From positions 1 to 64,000 of IMG/VR virus record IMGVR_UViG_3300029288_006559: DNA of 64,000 nucleotides; one strand, 5' to 3'. Below, one piece after another: positions 48,412 through 58,200 of this stretch; within the stretch, counting starts at the first letter, position 1, and each line of letters opens with the position of its first letter. Under the pieces are notes generated by a model that made no database searches, was not told the origin of the DNA, and saw only the letters and a program-made list of their open reading frames with translations. This stretch comes from a virus (lineage: Duplodnaviria; Caudoviricetes). The position numbers and the translations under genes are program-made.

Positions 48412-48522
48412 AGGAATTTCTTTCAGAAGAAGGTGAGTTGTTAGCGTAACCATGCGTGTATAATAATAGATAGAAAGATGTATTTATAGTGTATTATCCC
48501 TTGATTTTATTGGTTAAAAATG

Positions 48523-48551
48523 TTGCTTTTTTGGGTAAATATGGACATATT
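48523..48551 (+). promoter_or_regulatory. host sigma70-type (early) promoter
   Basis: TTGCTT-N17-CATATT. Confidence 0.65.
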
Positions 48552-48602
48552 ATATTATGGTAAGAAAGCACATAATCCAAACAATAATAAAGGAATGAAT
48601 CT

Positions 48603-49364
48603 ATGACAAATAAATCTGTTGATCGTATAAAAAAAGAGGCTCAAAAAGAAGCCGCTGCTGAAATTGCAGAGGAATTGAGAAACTCCCCTAAGTATTTATT
48701 TCCTGATCCTAATGCTCCTAAAATTGATGAGCAAACGAAACAACCTATTATTTTTGCAAAAGACGCAGAGATAGGTAAAGATTATCTTACTGTAGGTTTT
48801 TATTATAAAGTAACCCTTTTGAAAAAGTATGGAGATGAAACTCATGTGTCTAGCGTTCAAATCCAAACAGAAGGAGAATATAAGCCCATAAATGTTGCGG
48901 GAGGTACCGAACTTATTGAGTATAAAGAAGAGTTTCATAAACCACGCGTAGTAACTACACTAGATTCTGATGAAGACACAACCCCCCCTACCAATTCCAA
49001 GGAGAAACACAAAATGCCAAAAACAAGCAAGCCACCTAAGGCTTCTGAGCAACCTCAACCTAAAATGAGCGATATCATTGTTCCTATGCTAGCAGCTGCA
49101 AAATATACAGCTACTGAGATTGCAGATGCTGTTATAGAAAAGTTCCCTGAAAAGAAAAGTGAACGCGATAAGTTAATCAGTCAAATTGCAGGTCCTCGTT
49201 TGTATAATCTGTTAAAGGATACTACAAAGTGGCAAAACGGAAAAAAACCGGGGTTGAGGGGCGCTGAATCTACACCCCCTTCAAAAAAAGATTCCAAGAA
49301 GAAGCCTGCTAAAAAAGAAACCCCCAGCGAAGTTCCCGAGAATACAGCTGAAGTTTCTAAATAA
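48603..49364 (+). CDS. putative DNA-binding protein (HTH-like domain plus Lys-rich tail)
   Basis: KYTATEIADAV domain, duplicated in the next gene. Confidence 0.6.
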   Translation: MTNKSVDRIKKEAQKEAAAEIAEELRNSPKYLFPDPNAPKIDEQTKQPIIFAKDAEIGKDYLTVGFYYKVTLLKKYGDETHVSSVQIQTEGEYKPINVAGGTELIEYKEEFHKPRVVTTLDSDEDTTPPTNSKEKHKMPKTSKPPKASEQPQPKMSDIIVPMLAAAKYTATEIADAVIEKFPEKKSERDKLISQIAGPRLYNLLKDTTKWQNGKKPGLRGAESTPPSKKDSKKKPAKKETPSEVPENTAEVSK

Positions 49365-49385
49365 AAATTGTTCGCTTACCAGTAG

Positions 49386-49420
49386 AGCCCTTTATTTTAG
49401 TATAAAGGGCTTATATTTTT
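49386..49420 (+). terminator. intrinsic terminator
   Basis: AGCCCTTTAT-N6-ATAAAGGGCT followed by a T-rich tail. Confidence 0.7.
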
Positions 49421-49436
49421 CTTTACAAGGATTATT

Positions 49437-49673
49437 ATGTCAAAAGCTAACAAGTGTCGTAAAATGAGTCACATTATTCTTCCTATGTTAGCTGAAGGTA
49501 TTTATACTTCAGCACAAATAGCCGATGCTGTTATAAAAAAGTTTCCAGAACAGAAATCTCGAAGAGACGCACTTATTTCTCAGATTGAAGGACCGCGCAC
49601 TTATTATATTATTCATCGCAAGGATCTCTGGCAGGGCAGGAAGAAACCAGGAGTAAAAGTTACTAGAAAATAA
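49437..49673 (+). CDS. paralogue of the HTH-like domain of 48603..49364
   Basis: KMSHIILPML...IADAVIKKFPE...LISQIEGPR. Confidence 0.7.
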   Translation: MSKANKCRKMSHIILPMLAEGIYTSAQIADAVIKKFPEQKSRRDALISQIEGPRTYYIIHRKDLWQGRKKPGVKVTRK

Positions 49674-49684
49674 CGGAGAGACGC

Positions 49685-50692
49685 ATGAAAAATAGTGCAG
49701 ACACGTCTATTGAAGACTTTGGAGCAGATATTCCTACTAAGAGAATTAATGGAGAGAGTAGTGCATGTAGAGAAGCTACACCTGTTCCTGTAGAGACTGA
49801 TAATAAGTCTTTTACATTTCTTAGACAATGGGCCAAGGTAGGAGACGACGCTTATTTACCTGTCGGAGAATGCCTTCACCTTTTACCTTCAGGACTTTAC
49901 GATTATAATATAACAACTCAAGGTATTGTTTTCAATAAAAAACAGATTAATACCGATACTCTTATTAACTTTCCAGATAGCGTATCCGAAAATGTACTGC
50001 AAGAAATAGATAGATTTTGGTTAGCGGGGGATGCATTTTCTAAGTATGGTTTTTTACAACGTAGGGGCTACATTCTTTATGGAGGACAGGGAGGGGGAAA
50101 GAGTTGCATTGTTCAGCAGATTATCGAAGGTATTGTAAAAAAGAATGGATTAGCTTTTATTGGTAATAATAATCCAGAAACTTTTGGGCATGTTTTACAT
50201 ACTTTGCGTATTATTGAACCTACTCGTCCGATTGTTTGTATATTTGAGGATATAGATGCTATAGTTCAACATTACGGAGAAGCCTCATTGCTATCCCTCT
50301 TAGATGGAGAAATTCAAGTTAGTAACGTTTTAAATATAGCTACTACAAATTACCCTGAAAGGTTAGACCCCCGTATTGTCGCTCGTCCACGTAGGTTTGA
50401 CAGAATTATTAAGATAAATATGCCAGAAGCTCGTATTAGAAAGATATATTTAGAGCATAAATTAATAGGGGCTACTTCTGAGGAAATAGATTTATGGACA
50501 GAAGCTACCGATAATTTTTCTTTTGCCGCTCTAGCCGATTTAGTTATTAGTGTAAAATGTTTAGGAAACAATTTCGAAGACACTGTTGCTACTTTAAAGA
50601 AATTGCAAACAAAGAAAGTATCTTCTGCGGAATTCGACAAAGTTACAGTTGGCTTCGGTGATAGAGATAATGGGAAACTGTCGAGAGGATAG
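49685..50692 (+). CDS. AAA+ ATPase (BCS1-like)
   Basis: RRGYILYGGQGGGKS, IFEDID, TTNYPERLD, RPRRFD. Confidence 0.9.
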   Translation: MKNSADTSIEDFGADIPTKRINGESSACREATPVPVETDNKSFTFLRQWAKVGDDAYLPVGECLHLLPSGLYDYNITTQGIVFNKKQINTDTLINFPDSVSENVLQEIDRFWLAGDAFSKYGFLQRRGYILYGGQGGGKSCIVQQIIEGIVKKNGLAFIGNNNPETFGHVLHTLRIIEPTRPIVCIFEDIDAIVQHYGEASLLSLLDGEIQVSNVLNIATTNYPERLDPRIVARPRRFDRIIKINMPEARIRKIYLEHKLIGATSEEIDLWTEATDNFSFAALADLVISVKCLGNNFEDTVATLKKLQTKKVSSAEFDKVTVGFGDRDNGKLSRG

Positions 50693-50743
50693 GTTTTGAT
50701 TTAGGTGGTTGTAAGGTAACAATTAATAATAAAGGTAACTAAT

Positions 50744-52429
50744 ATGAAAAAAGCTATTATTATTCTTTCTGGAGGGATGGACTCCGCAGTACTATTAGCT
50801 AAGGTTTTAAAAGAGGAGTATGAAGTAGAAACCTTAAGCTTTGACTATGGTTCTAAACACAACGATGAAGAGTATAAACACGCATTAATGCTTTGCGAAT
50901 ATTATAAGGTTAAAAATCAGAGAATTGCTCTTCCGTTTGTGAATGACCTATTCAAATCTGACTTACTAAAAAGCGGTGGAGATATTCCCGAAGGGCACTA
51001 TGAAGATGAGAGTATGCAACGTACTGTAGTGCCAAATCGTAATGCTATTATGCTTTCCATAGCAGTAGGCTATGCTGAATCTGTTGGAGCTGGAGTTGTA
51101 TTTTATGGCCCTCATGCAGGAGACCACGCAATATACGATGATTGTCGCGATACTTTTGTAATACCTTTTGATAAAGCTATGCAAGCTGCTTCTGGAGGTA
51201 AAGTTGTAATAAAGGCTCCTTTTTTAGCATTGACAAAACGCGATATAGGTTTGATTGGAAAAGAGCTTGATGTTCCTTTTGAGAAGACCTATTCTTGTTA
51301 CAAGGGCGGAGAAAAGCATTGCGGGAAATGTGTAGCGAAAGATACAGAAATTCTTATGGGGGATTATAGTAAAAAATTAATTCAAGATATTGTAGTTGGG
51401 GATATTATTTTAAGCTACGACAAGAAAAAGAAATTAATTATTCCTAACAAAGTTGTGCAGGTACATTCTAACGGAAAGCAGGTTATTTATAATGCTAAGT
51501 TTGGAAGAAACATTCTTAGGTGTACTGATTCTCATAAGATTGCAAGATACACTAGTAGCAAAAATGTAGAGTTTGCTGTAGCAAAGAAGTTTTCTTCTTA
51601 TAAGCATTCAAACGCTTTTGTTGTTCCTTTTTGGAAAGATTTAACGCCTGTTGATTTAAAAGCATTCTGGACAGGGTGGTTATCCGGAGTTGTTGACGGA
51701 GACGGAAGTTTTGCGTCGCCGAAGAGCTACCCCAGAGAAAGATTTTTAGGAGTTCCTGTCAAGGAGGTAATTTTTGCAAAATTGATAAAAGAAAACGTAA
51801 AAAAATATTTTAATATAGATATGAGATTTGTAGATCATAAATCCTCCAGTATTGTTAAAGCACATAGTAAAATGATAAACGTTTGTTGTAGCATTACAAG
51901 AGATGTAAAAGCAGTTGAGAATCAGATTAAGTCATATGAAAAGACACTTGATTTTTGGAAAGGGTGGTTAAGAGGTATAATTGATACCGATGGGGGTATA
52001 GATAGATTTTCCTATAGAATTTATCAAAGCAAGCCTGTGATAGTGGCTAAGATTCGTCGAGCATTAAAGCAGTTAAATTTACCTTTTACTGAATATGTCC
52101 AGACAAAAGAAGATCATAATAGTAATTCCAAAAATAAATTACATGCTAATTACGATGCATATACTTTTGTTCTTTCTAGTGGGCATTTAACTAATGTAAT
52201 GACGGGTAATATTAAAACATTTAAGTATAAAGAGTTTAGTTTCTTATTAAAATTTTTAACTCGTCCCGTCTTTGATTCCTTAAAGGTAATAGGGGAAGAC
52301 GATACTTATGATTTAACAACAGAAATAGGTAATTACTTTGCTGATGGCTTCCTAATTCACAATTGTGGCACGTGTACAGAACGAAAAGAAGCTTTAGCAG
52401 GGTTTGATCCAACACAATACCTTGCGTAG
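50744..52429 (+). CDS. queC: 7-cyano-7-deazaguanine synthase with intein
   Basis: LSGGMDS, FDYG, VPNRN, DCR, SCY...HCGK[intein]CGTC..R. Confidence 0.95.
   Translation: MKKAIIILSGGMDSAVLLAKVLKEEYEVETLSFDYGSKHNDEEYKHALMLCEYYKVKNQRIALPFVNDLFKSDLLKSGGDIPEGHYEDESMQRTVVPNRNAIMLSIAVGYAESVGAGVVFYGPHAGDHAIYDDCRDTFVIPFDKAMQAASGGKVVIKAPFLALTKRDIGLIGKELDVPFEKTYSCYKGGEKHCGKCVAKDTEILMGDYSKKLIQDIVVGDIILSYDKKKKLIIPNKVVQVHSNGKQVIYNAKFGRNILRCTDSHKIARYTSSKNVEFAVAKKFSSYKHSNAFVVPFWKDLTPVDLKAFWTGWLSGVVDGDGSFASPKSYPRERFLGVPVKEVIFAKLIKENVKKYFNIDMRFVDHKSSSIVKAHSKMINVCCSITRDVKAVENQIKSYEKTLDFWKGWLRGIIDTDGGIDRFSYRIYQSKPVIVAKIRRALKQLNLPFTEYVQTKEDHNSNSKNKLHANYDAYTFVLSSGHLTNVMTGNIKTFKYKEFSFLLKFLTRPVFDSLKVIGEDDTYDLTTEIGNYFADGFLIHNCGTCTERKEALAGFDPTQYLA
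51329..52363 (+). mobile_element. intein (345 aa) with LAGLIDADG endonuclease in QueC
   Basis: Starts CVAKDT, ends FLIHN|C; WLSGVVDGDG and WLRGIIDTDG. Confidence 0.93.
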
Positions 52430-52433
52430 ATTT

Positions 52434-52736
52434 ATGGAACCTCTTATTATTTGTTTTCACGGAACGAATAGAGAAGCTGCTACTATTATTGAAAAGCAAG
52501 GGTTTAAGAAGGGAACTTATTTTGCTCGATCTTTAGCAGATGCTGTTGAGTTCAGTAGAGGGAACCACATCTTTGAGGTTGTTTTTAAAAAGGTAAAAGT
52601 TCCTCTTAGTTGGCAGTTTTTAGTACAAAAAAGAGTTTTACCTAGTATGATAGTACGTCATTATGTATTTAATAGAAAGTTTATAAGAGAGAATGAAAAG
52701 TTAAGAAAGAAAGTATTTAAGTCTAATATAATATAA
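52434..52736 (+). CDS. small ADP-ribosyltransferase-fold protein
   Basis: FHGT...I...GF...GTYFA...A..F. Confidence 0.55.
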   Translation: MEPLIICFHGTNREAATIIEKQGFKKGTYFARSLADAVEFSRGNHIFEVVFKKVKVPLSWQFLVQKRVLPSMIVRHYVFNRKFIRENEKLRKKVFKSNII

Positions 52737-52745
52737 AGGTGAAAT

Positions 52746-53792
52746 ATGGAAACTGTAGCGACAATAGAAACAATTTCTGATATTAAGACACATCCAAATG
52801 CTGACTTACTCGAGTTAGCTACTGTGTGCGGTTTTCAAACAGTGGTTAGAAAGGGCGAGTTCAAGGTCGGGGATAAATGTGTTTATGTTAAATCCGATAG
52901 TATATTGAAAGAACATCCTGAGTTTGAATTTCTTCGTAATAAGCAATTTCGTATTCGTATGAATGTGAAACTACGTGGAGAGGTTTCCAACGGAATAGCT
53001 TTTCCTGTGAACATTCTTGAGAAGTTTTCCTGGTCAAAAGAACTTTCTTATCTTAGAAAATTTCCTGATTCAGAGGAGCGTTCCGCAGAGTTTATTGATG
53101 GTGCAGACGTTTCAGAAATTATAGGAGCGTCTCATTACGAAAAACCTATCAATCCTCATTTAGTAGGATTAATAAAAGGTAACTTTCCTGCTTATATACC
53201 GAGAACAGATGAAACCCGTTTGCAAGGTTGTAGAGGTATTTTAGAAGAACTGAGAGGAAGAGATGTGTATATTACATTAAAATGCGACGGTACTTCTTCT
53301 ACTTTTGTTAACAGGAACGGGGAAATAGATGTTTGTTCTCGTAAGCTGTCTGTAAAGCTTGATGATGAAGCAAGTATTTATAACCAAATAGCAAAAAAAT
53401 ATGATCTTGTTAGTAAATTAAAAACATTAGGTAATTACGGGATTCAAGGAGAGATATGCGGTGGGGGAATACAGAAGAACCCTATGGGATTGAAAGAACA
53501 CAAGCTCTTTGTATTTAATATCTGGTATGTTGATAGACAGGAATATATGAATTATTATGATATGGTAAGTTTGTGCGAGAACCTTGAATTAGAAACAGTT
53601 CCTCTTATTAAAATAGTTCCAAACTTTAATATGTCTTTTGAAGAACTTGTCGAACTATCCAGAGGCGTATATAAAGATACTACCAATCCTATAGAGGGAA
53701 TAGTAATTCGTCCCGTTGTAGAAGCGTATAGTGAGAGGCTTCACGGTAGAATGTCTGTTAAGGTAATAAATCCCGATTATAAGGATGAGTAA
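52746..53792 (+). CDS. ATP-dependent RNA ligase (DRB0094/Rnl5 family)
   Basis: HPNAD.LE OB domain, KLRG..S.G, IPRTDE.R.Q, LKCDGTS, QGE, EGIV, KVIN. Confidence 0.9.
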   Translation: METVATIETISDIKTHPNADLLELATVCGFQTVVRKGEFKVGDKCVYVKSDSILKEHPEFEFLRNKQFRIRMNVKLRGEVSNGIAFPVNILEKFSWSKELSYLRKFPDSEERSAEFIDGADVSEIIGASHYEKPINPHLVGLIKGNFPAYIPRTDETRLQGCRGILEELRGRDVYITLKCDGTSSTFVNRNGEIDVCSRKLSVKLDDEASIYNQIAKKYDLVSKLKTLGNYGIQGEICGGGIQKNPMGLKEHKLFVFNIWYVDRQEYMNYYDMVSLCENLELETVPLIKIVPNFNMSFEELVELSRGVYKDTTNPIEGIVIRPVVEAYSERLHGRMSVKVINPDYKDE

Positions 53793-53822
53793 TTAACAAA
53801 ATTTAGTTAAGGAAAAAATAGA

Positions 53823-54638
53823 ATGAGAATTGCACACGAAGCTCCTCTTTCTCTTATGAAATATGTTAAACAAGTTACTGACTATGATTATGCCCTAGCC
53901 TCTTTGTTTGATAATGTTTCAGGATATTATGAATATTTTAAGCAATCAAAAAAAGAGGGGCGTAAGATCCTTCTAGACAATGGTGTCTTCGAAGAAGGCG
54001 TTGCGATGAAAGATAAAGATTATGTTAATTGGATTAAAGATCTCCAACCAGATGAGTATATAGTTCCTGATGTAATGGGAGATATGCATAGAACTGTGGT
54101 TAACTTTCAAAAATGGTTATTAGAGTATCAGGATCTTCCAGGAAAGAAAATAGGGGTAGTTCATGGATATACTATAGAAGAGTTTATAGAATGTTATAAG
54201 TACATGTCTACATATGCTGATAAAATAGCTATAAATTTTTCTCAATCTTTTTATCAAGAAATTTATCCTCAACAACAAGGTATGAGTAAAGAAATAAAGC
54301 AAGCACAAGGAAGATTGTGGATTACGGGGCATTTACATTCTCTAGGTATTTGGAACGCAGAAAAACCACATCACTTGTTAGGAGCTTCTGTTCCTAGCGA
54401 ATTTAGTGCGTATGTAGAAAGACACCCTTCATTTGTATACAAGTCTATAGAATCTATTGATACAAGTAACCCCATTGTATATGCTATAGTAAAAGGAAGA
54501 TATCCCAAACATATAAGTGGGGTTGTAACAAAAGAAACTACTAAGGTAAAGGATTTGATAACTACTCCTTACTCTGATAAGCTTTTGATAGACGTTATAG
54601 CTAATGTTATTCAATTTAGAACACAAAATAACCTCTAA
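53823..54638 (+). CDS. DpdA-like / TGT-fold deazaguanine DNA transglycosylase
   Basis: ILLDNGVFE, VPDV, GVVHG, HHLLG, SIDTS; queC/queE/folE2 context. Confidence 0.7.
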   Translation: MRIAHEAPLSLMKYVKQVTDYDYALASLFDNVSGYYEYFKQSKKEGRKILLDNGVFEEGVAMKDKDYVNWIKDLQPDEYIVPDVMGDMHRTVVNFQKWLLEYQDLPGKKIGVVHGYTIEEFIECYKYMSTYADKIAINFSQSFYQEIYPQQQGMSKEIKQAQGRLWITGHLHSLGIWNAEKPHHLLGASVPSEFSAYVERHPSFVYKSIESIDTSNPIVYAIVKGRYPKHISGVVTKETTKVKDLITTPYSDKLLIDVIANVIQFRTQNNL

Positions 54639-54641
54639 TAA

Positions 54642-55202
54642 ATGCAAATTGAAGATCTTTCTACTTGTAAAAAGAAATATTTCATAATATACGCAGACCC
54701 TCCTTGGTCGTATAAAAGAAAAGGAGGGCCAAAACATATTGGTACTGCACACCAAACATACAAATCAACTATGTCTGATGAAGAAATTTATAATCTTCCT
54801 ATCAAACATATTGCTGCAAAAAATGCTATTTTGTTTTTATGGATTACTTTTCCTAAATTAAAAGAAGGTCTTATTACACTTGAGAAGTGGGGTTTTGAAT
54901 ATAAGACAGTAGGATTTGTGTGGGTAAAAGTAAACAAAAAACAATGGACATTGTTTTGGGGTTCAGGTCATTATACTCGGGCTAATGCTGAAGTATGTTT
55001 AATAGGAATAAAAGGGCATCCTAAAATAAAGAGACATGATGTACATTCTGTTGTAATTGATCGTAATGTAAAACATTCCCGAAAACCTGTTGTAGTAAGA
55101 GAAAGAATTGTCAAACTTTGCGGTAACTTATCCCGTATAGAATTATTTGCAACCCAAGAGGTAGAAAAATGGGATTGCTTCGGAAATGAGATTGAAAAAT
55201 GA
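54642..55202 (+). CDS. MT-A70 family adenine methyltransferase
   Basis: IIYADPPW, LFLW, WGFEY, WVK, HSRKP, IELFA. Confidence 0.93.
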   Translation: MQIEDLSTCKKKYFIIYADPPWSYKRKGGPKHIGTAHQTYKSTMSDEEIYNLPIKHIAAKNAILFLWITFPKLKEGLITLEKWGFEYKTVGFVWVKVNKKQWTLFWGSGHYTRANAEVCLIGIKGHPKIKRHDVHSVVIDRNVKHSRKPVVVRERIVKLCGNLSRIELFATQEVEKWDCFGNEIEK

Positions 55203-58200
55203 TACAAGAACGACCTAAAGATTGTCAAGGATGTGATCTTTGTGCAACACGGAAAAAAGTAGTTCAATCTGTTTTCCCAGATAACGTAGAAGTAATTTTA
55301 GTAGGAGAAGCACCTGGTTGCTTCCCCGCAGGTACCTTTGTGTACACCCCTACTGGAATTGTGGAAATTCAAAATTTGCAGGAAGGGGATGTTGTTTTAT
55401 CTTCTCAAGGGACTCCACAAATAGTAAAAAAGTGTTTTAAAAGAGAATCTAAGTCTTTAGTAAATTTGAAATTATACGGAGGGTATTCTCTAACTGCTAC
55501 TTGCAATCACTCTATTTTAGTTGTACCTCATAAAAGTTGTGATTTTAACGGACATGGTAATCATTGTTATCCTTGTTACACTAAAGTGTGTAAGTATAGT
55601 TATTATAATGGTTATAAAAAAGTTTGGAAAAAAACAGAAAATATAACTTTAAATGATTGGGTAATTATTCCTAAGATAAAATCTATTGTTAAGGAGCATT
55701 GTTTTGATTTAAAAGAATTTTGTGAAGAGAAAACAAATAGAGGTATTCCTGATGAAATATTACTAGACGCAGATTTAGCGTATGTATTAGGTTGGTACAT
55801 GGCAGAAGGATGTTTGTTATATAAGCCTAATGTAAAAAATCAACAAATTGCTTATGGCATATCTTTTTGTTTAGGAAAAAATGATATTAAATATGTTAAA
55901 AAGATTAGAGAAATTCTTTTTACAAAATTTAAAATATCTTCAAAATATAATGCGCAAACTTTTTGTTTACATTTTCATTCAAAAAAAGTAGCTCAGTGGA
56001 TAGAATCTTTGTTTGGGGAAAGAGTTAAAGCTCCATATAAGAGAATTCCGAAAGTGTTTTTTACTTCTAGTTTTGATGTAAAAGCCTCTTTTTTATTTGG
56101 TTGGTATTTGGGAGATGGTAATCATCCCACGAAAGATAGTAGGCCTTATTCTATAAGTAGTTCTTCTAAGTTTGCTATTTATGATGCTTCTATTTTATTT
56201 CTTAGTTTAGGTGTTTTGCCTACTATAAGAGTTGAAGAAGTAGTAGGGAAGATGACACCTAAAAAAATTAAATTTAATTTTGATATATATCGTATTTGTA
56301 TTAAAAATGCAGATATAGTGAAACTTAAATGGAATCTTCCTACACATAATAGAGTTCAAAGGCGCGTTTTTTGGGAAGACGAAGATAATTTTTATATAAA
56401 AATATGTAAAATTCAAAAAGTTCAAAAGATTACTACTGTTTATAATATTGAAACCGAAGATAATACTTATTGTACTCCTGTAATTGTTCATAATAGCGAA
56501 GAAGACAGGTTAGGTGTTCCATTTGTTGGAAGAGCAGGTCAACTCCTTGATAGGGTTTTAAAAGAAGTACAGATTGATAGAAAAGAAATTGGTATTACTA
56601 ATGTAGTAGGGTGTCGCCCTCCTGAAAATGCTAAACCTACTGTTAAGCAAGCTAAAGCGTGTTGGCCGTTTGTTGATAAAGAGTTAAGACAAATAAAACC
56701 GAAGCTTTTAGTTCCTATGGGGGATACCGCTATGAATAAAATTATTCCTGGAATGGGTAGAATTACCAAGATTCGAGGCCAGATATTTCATAGCGATGAA
56801 TATAATTGTACTGTTATACCTACTTTACATCCATCTTATGTTTTGAGAAACGAAATAGAGCTTCTGCCTCAAATTAGAGAAGACCTACGTAAAGTTTACG
56901 CTTTTATGCAAGGAACTTTAGACCAAAGCCGCTCACCTGTAGAGTATTGTTCTGTAGAAACGCAAAAACAGTTTGATTGGCTTATGGAACAACTTAATGA
57001 ACAACCAGAATGGGCTTGTGATGCTGAAACTACAGGATATGATTGGCAAAAAGATGAAGTTTTTATGGTTTCTTTTTCTTGGCAAGAAAATACCGCAGTA
57101 TTTATAGATTTTAGAAATGAATTTTTTGTAAAAAATCAGGATTACGTTTGGAAAAAATTGGGAGAAGCTTTTGCTAATAGTAGTAAGAAAATTTTTCATA
57201 ATGGTTCTTTTGATATAGAATTTTTTATGATGAAAGGATGTTATGTAAATAATTACTATTTTGATACTTTATTAGCTCACCATCTTGTAAATGAAAATGA
57301 TTTTCACGGATTAGAAGTTCTCGCTGCACAGTATACTGATATGGCAGGATATGAGTTACCTTTATTGCAGTATGTAAAACAGAATAAAATTGCAAATTAT
57401 TCTGAGATCCCAAAAGATATTTTATATACCTACTCTCCTGCGGATGCAGATGTTACTTTTCGTTGTTATAAAAAGCTTTTACCTCTTATATACGAACAAG
57501 GTCTTGATAGAGTGATGTTTACTATTACTATGCCAGCTCAGATTTTATTGATAATGACAGAGTTTTGGGGAGTATCTATTGATGTTCCTTACTTGAAGAG
57601 AACACTTGTTAAGTATAATCAAATGATCAAAGAACAAGAAGACATTATACAAACTACTCCTCAAGTAATTGAATATGAGCAAGAAAAAAAAGATAAAATT
57701 TGGACGGAGTTTAGAAAAAAATATAATAACAGTTCTAGTACTGTAAAGAATAGATTTCCTACATTTGATTCATATGTTCAATCTCGGAAGGCAGATGATT
57801 TAGATTATTCTTTTAATCCTAATTCTCATTTACAATTAAAAGAATTGCTAATTGGTAGAATGAAGCTTCCTATTATTAAGTATACTAAAAAAGGAAAAAA
57901 AGCAACTACGAATCCTAGTTTAGATGCTGAAGTATTAGAAGTTTATGCTACGAAATACAAGCACAAGTTTTGCGTTGCTTTATCCCGTGTGAGTACTTTA
58001 AATCATCTTAAAAGCACTTTTTTAGATGGTATTAAAGAAAGGCTAGATGGAAGTAACAAAGTTCACACAGATTATAGGGTTTGGGGAACAAAAACAGGGC
58101 GTATTTCTTCTAAGGATCCTAATCTAAATAATATTCCTAGGACAGGTACTGCAGATGATATTAAAGATATCTTTTGTGCCGACCCAGGGGAGTGGATGTT

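Noticed and set aside
54642-55202. Restriction-modification system
   Set aside because: Orphan MT-A70 methylase with no adjacent restriction endonuclease, which is common in phages.
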